From a virus (taxonomy: Duplodnaviria; Caudoviricetes): 53,434 nucleotides of DNA. The stretch's first letter is position 1, and the number at the start of each line of letters is the position of its first letter. Shown piece after piece: positions 10,167-19,874 of this stretch. A model generated the notes under the pieces. That model was given only the letters and a program-made list of their open reading frames with translations. It made no database searches and was not told where the DNA came from. The translations under genes were made by a program, and so were the position numbers. The DNA lies in the IMG/VR virus record IMGVR_UViG_3300046658_000024, positions 1 through 53,434 of that record; one strand, given 5' to 3'.

Positions 10167-10484
10167 ATGGCCTTGCTTGCCTACAAGCAGATTGGCGACG
10201 GCGCGGCGATAACGCTCGATGCCGTCAACTCAAGCGAAACGATCCCGTGGGATGACCGCGGCTTTTATGAAATCGCGAACGCGTCGGGCGGATCGGAAAA
10301 CGTGACGTTCGTTGTCCCGGGCACTGTTCACGGCACTGCCGTACCTGACCTGGTGGTGGCCGTGCCTAACAGCGCGACCCGACAGGTCAAGCTCACGTAC
10401 GACATGGTCGACCAGTCCACGGGCCTGATCACCATTACCCACTCGGTCACCACGTCGGTGACGGCTGCTGCGAAGAGGGTGTGA
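10167..10484 (+). CDS. Small structural hypothetical protein
   Basis: ATG 10167 with SD AAGGAGG; 105 aa, beta-rich. Confidence 0.7.
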   Translation: MALLAYKQIGDGAAITLDAVNSSETIPWDDRGFYEIANASGGSENVTFVVPGTVHGTAVPDLVVAVPNSATRQVKLTYDMVDQSTGLITITHSVTTSVTAAAKRV

Positions 10485-10487
10485 ACA

Positions 10488-10778
10488 GTGACTGAATTTA
10501 CCCGCATGCGGCATCCGGATATCGCCGGGGAGTCCGTGCAGCCGCTGGATTCCATGCCGACCTGGCGGGCCCGCGGCTGGGTGAAGTACGGGGAGCCGGC
10601 CGATGACCCGAACACGCTGTGGGGCCAGATCGAGGATGAAGAACTCCTGGCTCAGATAGCCGCCGTGGAGCAGGCTGCCGCCGAACGTACCGGTGCCATC
10701 ACGCCGACCGACCCGCCCTCTCCGCGTTCCCGCCGTCAGAACGTCGCCGCGACCGGCGACTCGACCGATAAGGAGTAG
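10488..10778 (+). CDS. Hypothetical protein
   Basis: 96 aa; MRHP..WRARGW; co-oriented within the tail operon. Confidence 0.65.
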   Translation: MTEFTRMRHPDIAGESVQPLDSMPTWRARGWVKYGEPADDPNTLWGQIEDEELLAQIAAVEQAAAERTGAITPTDPPSPRSRRQNVAATGDSTDKE

Positions 10779-10784
10779 CCGGTC

Positions 10785-11264
10785 ATGGCCGACCTTCTCA
10801 ACGATGGCAATAGTCGGGTCTACTGGGTGGCGTCCGGAGGTATCGCCAACATCGCCGCCCCCACCACAACGGAGCTGAATGCTGGCGTGCGACTCGACCA
10901 GCTCCTGACTCCGGACGGGCTCAAGGAGGATTCGTCGACTGCGGACATCGACCTGTCCTTCCTCTCGTCCACGTTCAACACCGCCAGTGCCGGTCGCCGC
11001 AAATTCGACATAGCGGTGGTGGCAAAGCGGCAGACTCCGACCGATACCGTCCTGAACCTCCTGCCGTACAGGACGTCTGGGTATCTGGTCGTGCGGGACA
11101 CGGTAGACGCAAACACGGCGTGGACCGCTGCTCAGAAGTGCAGGGTGTACCCGGTTCAGACTGGCGAGCCGATGATGGCTGCCAAGACGGAAAACTCGGT
11201 CGCCCGCTTCACTTCCCCCATGTACATGACGGCTGAGCCGAACACTAGCGCGACGGTGGCCTGA
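10785..11264 (+). CDS. Major tail protein
   Basis: 159 aa; IANIAAPTTTELNAG, GYLVVR, VYPV motifs of actinophage tail tube proteins. Confidence 0.9.
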   Translation: MADLLNDGNSRVYWVASGGIANIAAPTTTELNAGVRLDQLLTPDGLKEDSSTADIDLSFLSSTFNTASAGRRKFDIAVVAKRQTPTDTVLNLLPYRTSGYLVVRDTVDANTAWTAAQKCRVYPVQTGEPMMAAKTENSVARFTSPMYMTAEPNTSATVA

Positions 11265-11767
11265 TGGCCGATAGCTTCGACGCGTTCCTGGACGGCATCA
11301 AGCTCCCGGAACGCTCCGTGTCCCTGTGCCTCCGCGGCGACCTCCAGGACGCCTACGAGGACATCCAGCGGCGCATCGATGACCTGCCCAGCAAATGGGA
11401 ATCTGGGTCTCTGTCGGACGTCAACCCGCGGATCGCACTGGAACGGCAGCGTGAAGAAGTCCGGGATGAGATGGCCGCCCACGAGAAGGTGTTCCGGTTC
11501 CGAGCTCTGCCCCGACAGCAGTACGCGGAACTGCTCGTCAGGCACCAGAACGACCGTGGTGGCCTGGACCCTGCGACCTGGCCGATCGCACTGATAGCCG
11601 CATGCCTGTTCGAGCCGTGGACGCTGTCTGAGGATCAGGTAGCGCAGCTTCCGCAGCGCATGTCGGACATCCAGTTTCAGCAGCTGTACGACACCGCGCT
11701 GGCCTGCAACCGTGAAGGGGTGTCGGTCCCTTTCTCGCGGCGTCCATCCGCCGCGAGCCCGAACTAA
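11264..11767 (+). CDS. Tail assembly chaperone (G)
   Basis: 167 aa between major tail and tape measure; ends VSVPFS. Confidence 0.9.
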   Translation: MADSFDAFLDGIKLPERSVSLCLRGDLQDAYEDIQRRIDDLPSKWESGSLSDVNPRIALERQREEVRDEMAAHEKVFRFRALPRQQYAELLVRHQNDRGGLDPATWPIALIAACLFEPWTLSEDQVAQLPQRMSDIQFQQLYDTALACNREGVSVPFSRRPSAASPN

Positions 11768-12126
11768 GAGCGGAACTCGAAGCTGCCCGTGCGTGGTCGG
11801 TGGCCCCATCCCGATGGAGGGGTAGGGAACCGAAAACCACCATCACGCATGAGTACAACGATGATGGTCGGCTCGTCCGGTCTGTAGTCTCCCGCGAGAC
11901 TGAATGGCTGGAGTCTGACCGGGCTGAAGCCCTGGCTCTCGGGCTGGAGGATGCGGCCCGCTGTGGTGGCTGTGGCCAGCCGGTGGACGAATCGATGGAC
12001 GAAGATTCCGAAGGCTCCTACCAGGCCAAGGCTTACTCGTGCCACGCCTGTGCGGCCCGGGACGCCAAGGCCCCCGACTATGCCGATCAGAACGGTATCT
12101 ACTTCAAGGTCGTCCGGAAAACCTGA
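11728..12126 (+). CDS. Tail assembly chaperone GT extension via -1 frameshift
   Basis: Heptamer C_CCT_TTC at 11728-11734 in the correct phase; the -1 frame (LAASIRREPELRAELEAARAWSVAPSRW...) is open into the 11800-12126 ORF. Confidence 0.9.
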   Translation, partial: PFLAASIRREPELRAELEAARAWSVAPSRWRGREPKTTITHEYNDDGRLVRSVVSRETEWLESDRAEALALGLEDAARCGGCGQPVDESMDEDSEGSYQAKAYSCHACAARDAKAPDYADQNGIYFKVVRKT

Positions 12127-12304
12127 CCGCAAACCCGATCAGGCCAGCCAAACCGGACATGAGACCGAATAGCAGGACCGGCCAGCCACCGATGACTACC
12201 GCCCACAAGATGGCCACGGCTGAGCAGAGCAGCAACACCTGGTAGCCGGGTCTGCGTACCGATGCACCCTCAAGGTCGCGCCGTGCGCGATCACCGATGT
12301 CCAT
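12104..12304 (-). CDS. Small reverse-strand membrane protein
   Basis: ATG 12304; 66 aa with two hydrophobic segments; fills the chaperone-tape measure gap. Confidence 0.55.
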   Translation of the reverse strand: MDIGDRARRDLEGASVRRPGYQVLLLCSAVAILWAVVIGGWPVLLFGLMSGLAGLIGFAVRFSGRP

Positions 12305-12338
12305 GGGGCCCGATGGTACGCCGGAGCGGGGGTGACGT

Positions 12339-15203
12339 GTGCCTGATCGCTCCGTAAAGGTCACGATCGGCGCCAATGTCGCCGGCTTCCTCGCTGCGGT
12401 CAAGGCTGCCGAGAAAGCGACCGTTGATCTCGGTAAGGCCGTGGTTGACAAGGCCGGGAAGAACCAGAAGGAGTTCCACACCCTCGGCATGGCGGCCGGC
12501 ATTGCTGGCGGTGCCATTGGTGCCGGGGTGGGGCTCGCGGTCAAGTCGTTCATGGATTTCGACAAGGCCATGTCCGGGGTCAAGGCCGTGTCGAACGCCA
12601 CCACGGGCGAGATGGATCGGCTACGAGAGGCCGCCCTCAAAGCTGGAGCTGATACGGCGTTCTCGGCTACTGATGCGGCCCGTGCTGAGGCCGAACTCGC
12701 CAAGGTTGGCATCTCTACCTCAGACATTCTCGGCGGCGCCCTACGCGGCTCCCTGGACCTTGCAGCAGCAGGCCAGCTCGACCTGAGCGAGTCGGCAACC
12801 ATCGCCGGTCAGTCGATGAAAATCTTCAATCTCCAGGGCAAGGACGTCGGGCACGTCGCCGACCTTCTCGCGGCCGGAGCAAACAAGAGCGCGGCCGACG
12901 TGAAAGGACTCGGCGATTCGCTCCGTCAGGGCGGACTCGTTGCTGCTCAGGCCGGCCTATCGATCGAGGACACAGTCGGCGCCCTGTCCATGTTCGCCGA
13001 CAACGCGCTCATCGGCTCCGACGCTGGTACGTCGTTGAAGACGATGCTCGTTGCGTTGATGAACCCCAGCAAGCAATCAGCCCAGCTGATGCAAGAGCTG
13101 GGCATCAATGCCTACGACGCTCAGGGCCGTTTCGTTGGTCTCGAAGGGCTCGCAGGCCAACTACAGTCCCGACTCGGTGGGTTGACGCAGCAACAGCGTG
13201 ACCAAGCGCTCGCCCAAATCTTCGGCAACGATGCAGTGCGGGCCGCCAACATCCTCTTCAAGGAGGGTGCCAGCGGGGTCCAGAACTACACGAAAGCCGT
13301 AAACGATCAGGGCGCGGCCGGGCGTATGGCCGCCACTCAGATGGACAACTTGGCCGGTGACCTCGAAGCGCTCAAGGGCTCCCTCGAAACCGACCTGATC
13401 AAGAGTGGGTCCGCGGCGAACGGCATGTTACGGGGGATGACTCAGGGCGCAACCATGGCGGCTAACGCCTACGGCAGCCTCCCCGGCCCGATTCAGAAAA
13501 CCGTCACCCTTCTCGGCGGGGTCGCTAGTGCTGCCCTAATCGCTGGCGGCGGCATGATGATTCTGTTGCCGAAGATCGTTGAAACCAAGGCTGCGCTCGA
13601 CACGCTGAACATCAGCGCCGTGCGCGTCAAGGGATCGCTCGCACTGATCGGCAAGGCTGCCGGCTTTGTCGGCGCCGTCATGGCGATCACTTCCGGTATC
13701 GAAGCCCTTGACCGCAAACTGAGCCCAGCACCACCGAAGGTCGACAAGCTCAGCGCATCTCTGCTCAAGCTCGCTACAACAGGTCGAGCGTCCGGCGAAG
13801 TCGTGGATGCGTTCGGCAAACATCTGGACGGGTTCGGCGACGTCGTCAAGCGGATTGCTGACCCGAGGTTTATGGATCGGGTCGCTGACTTCGGTACCAC
13901 ATTCTCATCATTCGGCATGGACCAAGGCGCAGGCGACCTGGACCAGGCACGTAACAAGATCGAGTCGCTCGACAAGTCCCTTTCCGACCTGGTGCAGCAT
14001 GGTCACGCATCCGAGGCTAACCAAGCATTCAACCGGCTTGCCACGGAAGCCAACCACGCCGGGGTCTCAACGGAAAAGCTCAGGTCCCTCCTCCCCAACT
14101 ACTCCGGCGCACTCTCCACAGCCGGTTCCCAATCGGTGGCAGCGGCCAGCGGAACCGACCAGTTTGGCCAGGCGGCCGACGGTGCGGCCGGATCCGTTGA
14201 GAAGCAGGCCGATGCAGTCAAGGAGCTAACCGATCAGATCGATGGCCTAGGCAATAAGCTACTGGCCCAGCGAGGTGACGAGCGCGCCTACCAGGCTGCG
14301 ATCGATAACGCCACGGACGCGCTGAAGAAAAACGGCCGCACACTGAATACCAACACTGACGCTGGTCGCGCCAATCAGGATTCCCTGGATGGGATCGCGT
14401 CTTCAGCGAACGCGATGAGTAAAAGCATGCTGGAGAACAGGGCATCTTTTTCTCAGGTGTCGGCGCATGCTCGTGGCGCTCGAGTGGCGTTCGAGAACAC
14501 TGCCGTGTCTATGGGGATGGCGCGGTCGGCGGCTCGGGCTTTGGCTGTCCAGCTAATCACCATCCCGGAGGAAACCCATACCCAGATGCTGGCCGAGAAG
14601 CGCGACCTCGAGACGAAGATTTCCTCTGCCAAGGCTTCCATCGCCTCGGTGCCGAAATCGAAGCGGACACAGATTCTCGCGGATATTGCTGCTGCGCAAG
14701 CCCGGTTGAATCAAATCAAGCAGCAACTGAACGCGCTCGATGGCAGGACGGCGACCACTACCGTCACTACCCGCTACGTGCGGGTGGGAACAGGTCCCGC
14801 ACGGGCGTCAATGGGTGCAACCGGTGGCCTGTACGAGAATGGCGCGTTCACCCGTCGTGGCCCTAAGTATGCCGTTGGTGGCGAGATCTCGGGTCTGGTC
14901 TCCGGACCGGGTACCGGCACTTCGGACGACGTGTCGGCCCCCTGGTTGTCGAATGGCGAGTTCGTGATGCGTTCCGCCGCTGTGGACCGTTACGGGCCGG
15001 CATTCATGGAGGCGATCAACTCGGGATCGTTCACGTCAGCTGGCCGCTCTGGTGGGGGATTCAGCGGTGTGACGATCAATGCCCCGATCACCATCAATGG
15101 CGCCTCTGACCCGATGGCGGTCCGCCGACAGGTTGAGGCCGCGATGAATGGCTGGTCGCAAAAGCTCGGCCGTCAGGCTGACCTGTTCGTGAGAGGCGGC
15201 TGA
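12339..15203 (+). CDS. Tape measure protein (TP901 type)
   Basis: 954 aa, Ala-rich; FDKAMSGV, GSDAGTSLK, GPGTGTSD..LSNGEFV. Confidence 0.95.
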   Translation: MPDRSVKVTIGANVAGFLAAVKAAEKATVDLGKAVVDKAGKNQKEFHTLGMAAGIAGGAIGAGVGLAVKSFMDFDKAMSGVKAVSNATTGEMDRLREAALKAGADTAFSATDAARAEAELAKVGISTSDILGGALRGSLDLAAAGQLDLSESATIAGQSMKIFNLQGKDVGHVADLLAAGANKSAADVKGLGDSLRQGGLVAAQAGLSIEDTVGALSMFADNALIGSDAGTSLKTMLVALMNPSKQSAQLMQELGINAYDAQGRFVGLEGLAGQLQSRLGGLTQQQRDQALAQIFGNDAVRAANILFKEGASGVQNYTKAVNDQGAAGRMAATQMDNLAGDLEALKGSLETDLIKSGSAANGMLRGMTQGATMAANAYGSLPGPIQKTVTLLGGVASAALIAGGGMMILLPKIVETKAALDTLNISAVRVKGSLALIGKAAGFVGAVMAITSGIEALDRKLSPAPPKVDKLSASLLKLATTGRASGEVVDAFGKHLDGFGDVVKRIADPRFMDRVADFGTTFSSFGMDQGAGDLDQARNKIESLDKSLSDLVQHGHASEANQAFNRLATEANHAGVSTEKLRSLLPNYSGALSTAGSQSVAAASGTDQFGQAADGAAGSVEKQADAVKELTDQIDGLGNKLLAQRGDERAYQAAIDNATDALKKNGRTLNTNTDAGRANQDSLDGIASSANAMSKSMLENRASFSQVSAHARGARVAFENTAVSMGMARSAARALAVQLITIPEETHTQMLAEKRDLETKISSAKASIASVPKSKRTQILADIAAAQARLNQIKQQLNALDGRTATTTVTTRYVRVGTGPARASMGATGGLYENGAFTRRGPKYAVGGEISGLVSGPGTGTSDDVSAPWLSNGEFVMRSAAVDRYGPAFMEAINSGSFTSAGRSGGGFSGVTINAPITINGASDPMAVRRQVEAAMNGWSQKLGRQADLFVRGG

Positions 15204-15205
15204 AC

Positions 15206-16594
15206 GTGACCTCGTGGGCTCAGTTCGTCGACAGCGTTTCGGCCACCCCGACGATACGGCTCGACCTGGACGGCCCTGCGTTCAAGCTCCAGAGGGACGG
15301 TACAGATTTCGGGACACCGGAACTGAATCGGGCTACCGTCTCCACCCTGATGACCGACGGGGACCCCATCCCTGCCGCCGCCTACGGCAACCGGGTACTC
15401 ACCCTGGCGCTGAAGACACCGGACAATCCGTCTGCGGACACTGTGGCGACCCGCTTACAGCAGCTCGTTCGTGAGCTTGACCGGACCACGAACTATCTGC
15501 GATATCAGCCTGACACGTCAGCGCCGGTGTTTTTCAGGACTATGCGATCCGACATTGGAACGCCGACGTGGGATCCGGTTGAGAAGCGATTCATCGCCCG
15601 CGTCGTGGCCGAACCGTTCGCGCTTGGCCTGCGCGAGGACGTCTCTCCCGGCTCTGCGGTCAGCAACAACCCGGCAGCGGCTACGAACCCGGGCTACTTC
15701 GACATCAGCAGCGTGAAAGGCGACGTAGAAACGCCACTCCTGCTCAACTTCACCAGCACCGGAACTAGCGGTGTCGGCAACAAGCAGACCGTTCTGGCCG
15801 TCCGACGCCGGGGAGATCCGACCGCCGTCAGTTTCCTTGTCCAGTCCGAGGCGATGACTCTGGGCACCGACGTTACTCTCCCCGGAAATGACGCGGCCAT
15901 GTCCGGGAGCAGCTCCAACTATGCCCGATGCTCTTTCGCGACCGTGCCGGCCTCGGCGACACGTCTCAGTAGCGGTTTTCCGGTGTCCGGTACTGCGACG
16001 GTTGAGGCCCGCGGCCAGTACCGGGTATGGGGGCGATTCCGGAAGTCTGTCGCGGGCGATGTCATCTACGTGGGTTTCGGGTACGGGAGCTCGGCTTCGA
16101 TTTTCAACGGCTGGGTTCAGCTACCACAGTCCACGAACCTCGGCTACGTGGATCTCGGCTACATGCCGGTGCCGGCCGGCGCGGACCCGGTGGATTTCGG
16201 CTACAACTCGTCACTCAAGGCGCTCATGTCCACGATCGCGCTGTTTGCGTACCGCCAGTCAGGTTCCGGAAACTTCGACACCGACTTTCTGCTGTTCATG
16301 CCGGCCGATGACCGATACGGGCTTATCGACTGGCCCGGAACGGACGTACGTTACGTGGCTGACGGTATCCGAACGATGGCCTATCCGATCAACTCCGGGC
16401 AGGACACCGTGGGCACCGTAGACGTTCCGGCAGGGATAGCCGGTGGGCTGCCCATGATCAGTCCCGGGGTCACAAACAGGATCTACATGATCCGTGATGT
16501 CACATCCGCCGTGACTGATGCGATCGGGAACACGACTCCGATCAGCGCTTACTACTGGCCTCGCTACCAGTTCGTAAGGCCGCCGACGACATGA
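15206..16594 (+). CDS. Minor tail protein (distal tail-like)
   Basis: 462 aa immediately after tape measure; AYGNRVLTL, KGDVETP. Confidence 0.8.
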   Translation: MTSWAQFVDSVSATPTIRLDLDGPAFKLQRDGTDFGTPELNRATVSTLMTDGDPIPAAAYGNRVLTLALKTPDNPSADTVATRLQQLVRELDRTTNYLRYQPDTSAPVFFRTMRSDIGTPTWDPVEKRFIARVVAEPFALGLREDVSPGSAVSNNPAAATNPGYFDISSVKGDVETPLLLNFTSTGTSGVGNKQTVLAVRRRGDPTAVSFLVQSEAMTLGTDVTLPGNDAAMSGSSSNYARCSFATVPASATRLSSGFPVSGTATVEARGQYRVWGRFRKSVAGDVIYVGFGYGSSASIFNGWVQLPQSTNLGYVDLGYMPVPAGADPVDFGYNSSLKALMSTIALFAYRQSGSGNFDTDFLLFMPADDRYGLIDWPGTDVRYVADGIRTMAYPINSGQDTVGTVDVPAGIAGGLPMISPGVTNRIYMIRDVTSAVTDAIGNTTPISAYYWPRYQFVRPPTT

Positions 16595-18237
16595 GTATCC
16601 CCCTGCCGCTCGCGATGCGGCTGAAAACGTCCCACCAGGATCTGCACGTTACGGCCGATCTCCGCGACCTGACTTTCCGGTCTGTCGTTCCTGGAGGATT
16701 CGCATCGGCCACATGCTCCCTCGACCGCCCACTGATTTTCCAACCCGGGGAGATTGCCCTCTACGGGAAGATGTTCGTGTATGACACCCGGCACGGTGGC
16801 ACGGTCTGGGAGGGCCGGCTTGAGGACCCTGGTGTTACCGCTGGGGATGGCCAGATCTGGGAGCTGTCCGCCGTCGGCCCGTCCGCCCATATGCGGGACC
16901 GGACGACTCCAATCATCTACGTTGACCGGTCGCTGGAGCGGTGGCGTCGTACCGCAGTCCCGTCGAACGAAAAGCCGGGGATCAGCTTCTCGGTCACGGA
17001 CGATCCGGGCGGTTCCGGTTCGCAGGCCATCGTTCTTGGCGTGCCCGATTCGTTCCACCTGGCGAACAGTGACTCGTGCACAGTGAACTACGAGGGCCTC
17101 CTGTCGGACGGGGGGTCCAATCAGAATCTCGCCCTCCTCGACTACCAGTGGGATGCCGGCTTCACGAACTCCGGCTGGCATGTCCGGGGCTTCTCGGCAC
17201 CCACTGACCTAGTGCGCGATCAGACTTTCACAACCAGCGGCTCAGGTTTCTCCGCTGCCGTCATCGGTTCGGGCGCGTTCGCCGTCGGCGACAACAGGCC
17301 ATTCTTGCAATTATTTTTTCAGACCGGTGGGCCAGCCACCACCAGTTCCGATGTCGGCTGGGTGGCATTCCGAAACGTCATCGTGCGCGCCACGACCTAC
17401 AACCGCAGCGGAACAGAGATAACCAGCGGCTACACCAGCGCTGATAGCACTATCCTGGCGTCCACGGTTGTCGCGGACCTCCTGGGCCGGCTGCTCACAC
17501 AGTTCGACGGAGCTAACGCGACCATCGACACCACCAGTTTCGGAATCGAGCAGCTCGCCTACCCGGACGGCGTGACAGCCGAACAGGTGATCGAGGATCT
17601 CTCGAAATTCGAACCCGGATACTACGCCGCCGCGTGGGAGTCGAACGCGGCCGGGAAGTACCGTTTCGAGTACAAAGCCTGGCCAACCAGCATCGGCCTG
17701 GAAGCGGACATCGTCGATGGGTTTTCATCGCCCGGATCAGCGGATGGCCTGTACAACAAGGTGCGAATCAGATACCGCGGCGAGGGCGGCCGGTCGAAAA
17801 CTGTGCAGCGTACCCAGACTGTGCAGCAGCTCACCGATGCCGGGATTGACCGCGAGGCATACCTGGACCTTGGTGACGAGGTCGGGACAACAACCAACAA
17901 CGCCAACCAGGCCGGCGACCAGTTCTTGGCCGAGCACGCCCAACCCCCGAACGCGGGCCGGCTCACGCTCGCGCGACCCATCTTGGACCTGGAAACCGGC
18001 CGGATGTTGTCGCCGTGGGAGATTCGCCCGGGTCGCCTGATCCGGGTCCGTGGGGTCATGCCAACCCGCGACTCGCTCAATGCGACCACGAGGGACGGCG
18101 TCACCGTGTTTCGCGTCGTGGGCTCGGAGTTCAGGGCATCGTCAGCTACGGCGGAACTGGAGCTCGACTCCTACCCCGTGTCGATCGCGCGCGCGATCGC
18201 GACGATGAAGAAGCGACCAGACATTAGGCGGCGGTGA
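16591..18237 (+). CDS. Minor tail protein (baseplate hub/Tal-like)
   Basis: 548 aa; PGGFASA, VWEGRLEDP, PWEIRPG. Confidence 0.8.
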   Translation: MSIPLPLAMRLKTSHQDLHVTADLRDLTFRSVVPGGFASATCSLDRPLIFQPGEIALYGKMFVYDTRHGGTVWEGRLEDPGVTAGDGQIWELSAVGPSAHMRDRTTPIIYVDRSLERWRRTAVPSNEKPGISFSVTDDPGGSGSQAIVLGVPDSFHLANSDSCTVNYEGLLSDGGSNQNLALLDYQWDAGFTNSGWHVRGFSAPTDLVRDQTFTTSGSGFSAAVIGSGAFAVGDNRPFLQLFFQTGGPATTSSDVGWVAFRNVIVRATTYNRSGTEITSGYTSADSTILASTVVADLLGRLLTQFDGANATIDTTSFGIEQLAYPDGVTAEQVIEDLSKFEPGYYAAAWESNAAGKYRFEYKAWPTSIGLEADIVDGFSSPGSADGLYNKVRIRYRGEGGRSKTVQRTQTVQQLTDAGIDREAYLDLGDEVGTTTNNANQAGDQFLAEHAQPPNAGRLTLARPILDLETGRMLSPWEIRPGRLIRVRGVMPTRDSLNATTRDGVTVFRVVGSEFRASSATAELELDSYPVSIARAIATMKKRPDIRRR

Positions 18238-18350
18238 TGCGCGTACCCGAGGTACCTGGCGGGCTCATGCCGGATGCCACATGGCTGCTGCCCTCAGGGC
18301 TGCCGCTGACCGGTGAGGAGATATCGCGTCTCCCGGAAGAGCTTTCGTGA
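18237..18350 (+). CDS. Possible 37-aa microprotein
   Basis: ATG overlaps upstream TGA; MRVPEVPGGLMPDATWLLP. Confidence 0.35.
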   Translation: MRVPEVPGGLMPDATWLLPSGLPLTGEEISRLPEELS

Positions 18351-18371
18351 CCACGCACTACAGGAGGACGG

Positions 18372-19061
18372 ATGACGGAGGAAGACGTGGGTAACTACGG
18401 TGCTGGTGTGCTCGGTAGCTGGTCTGGTCTGGGTCACTCGATCTCACCGGTGGACATTCTCCAGACCGTCCATGACTCGGGCGGGATTCTGGCGCTCGGG
18501 GATTCGATCCTGTACGCCACCGTCACCGACCTAGCTACTCGGGCCAACAACCACGGCACGAACTTCGCGGTCAACGCGTGGTCGGGCCGTCCCACAACCC
18601 CGGCGGTGGACTGGCTCCAGAGCAACGTGGTCAACGCCAACCTGATGCCGGGCACACTGCTGATGTGCACGGGGACGAATGACGTGTTCGACCCGTCTGT
18701 TTTCGACCCGGCGGCGGTGGGTCAGGTGGACCAGCTGGAACGTGTGATGGCTTTGGTTGGCCCGGATCTGCCGGTGTGGTGGGTCACGGTGTACGTGGGC
18801 CGGTTCGACGCGACGGCTGCGGTGCGTGAGGCTCAAGTCCGTAACAGCGGCTGGATCAACGGCCAGCTTCACGAGGCTGCGAGCCGACACCCGAACCTGC
18901 ACATCATCGACTGGTACCGGTTCCTCGCTCAAGGCGTCACCAACGGGTCACCGCCGCAGGACTGGCGGATCAGGTCCGGCCTGGTCGACGGGGTGCACAC
19001 CACGGCGTGGGGTTCGGATGCGCGTAACGACCTGATCGAGGCCGCCATCTGGCCGGCGTAA
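18372..19061 (+). CDS. SGNH/GDSL hydrolase
   Basis: Blocks LALGDSI, SGR, GTND, DGVH all present; SD AGGAGG. Confidence 0.9.
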   Translation: MTEEDVGNYGAGVLGSWSGLGHSISPVDILQTVHDSGGILALGDSILYATVTDLATRANNHGTNFAVNAWSGRPTTPAVDWLQSNVVNANLMPGTLLMCTGTNDVFDPSVFDPAAVGQVDQLERVMALVGPDLPVWWVTVYVGRFDATAAVREAQVRNSGWINGQLHEAASRHPNLHIIDWYRFLAQGVTNGSPPQDWRIRSGLVDGVHTTAWGSDARNDLIEAAIWPA

Positions 19062-19070
19062 GGAGCCGCA

Positions 19071-19874
19071 ATGCCTGAACTGTGGATGCCCGGGGTCGTC
19101 CATCATCCGCTGCCCGATTCGGACACCGGAATGCAGACCCAGTACCCGCCGCGGGCTATCGCCCACATCACCTGGGACGCCAAACCGGTCAGCTTCGAGG
19201 CGCTGTTCCGGTACTTCACTGGTGACGGCCAGAGCAAGGCCCCCCACATTCTGTGGGATCCGATCACCGGCAAGATCGGCCAGTTCTACCCGGCCACCTC
19301 GCGCTCAAAGAGCGTGGCGGACAGGGCCGGGGGCACCCGTACCAACCGCACGGGAAGGGTCTGCATCCAGATCGAGGCTCTCCTGTCGCCCGGGAAAACC
19401 ACATACAACGGCCGCGTATGCCAGACCCTGCTCGACACTCCCTGTAAGGGCTGGGATCAGCTCCTGGCTTGGGTGTGTTCGTGGGGTGTGCCCTGCGTGT
19501 GGCCCATGGGGATGCCGGATTTCGCGAGCCACCGTAACGAGCGTGTGTGGGAGGCCCAAGGCGGCTGGTACGGACACTCCCAGGTCCCCGAGAACACGCA
19601 CACCGATCCCGGCCCATGGCCTGCTTTCCCGCCACCGAAGCCGACCTCCGAGAAGGATGACGACATGACCCCCGAGCAGGACGCGCTCCTGACGTACGTC
19701 AGCAAGCAGGTGAAAGCCGTGGCCGACCTGGTGATCCTGCTGGACGGCCGTCGTGCCACCCAGATCCAGGCTCTCGGTACGGCGATCGACGCGAACGTCG
19801 ACGCCGAGACAACCGAGATCGACGGGAAGCTGGCCGAACTGAAGGCCCTACTCGCTGCGAGCCCGGGAAACTGA
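19071..19874 (+). CDS. Endolysin, N-acetylmuramoyl-L-alanine amidase with C-terminal helical domain
   Basis: AHITW, PHILWDP, GHSQVPENTHTDPG zinc-amidase motifs; Pro linker, then helical tail. Confidence 0.9.
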   Translation: MPELWMPGVVHHPLPDSDTGMQTQYPPRAIAHITWDAKPVSFEALFRYFTGDGQSKAPHILWDPITGKIGQFYPATSRSKSVADRAGGTRTNRTGRVCIQIEALLSPGKTTYNGRVCQTLLDTPCKGWDQLLAWVCSWGVPCVWPMGMPDFASHRNERVWEAQGGWYGHSQVPENTHTDPGPWPAFPPPKPTSEKDDDMTPEQDALLTYVSKQVKAVADLVILLDGRRATQIQALGTAIDANVDAETTEIDGKLAELKALLAASPGN

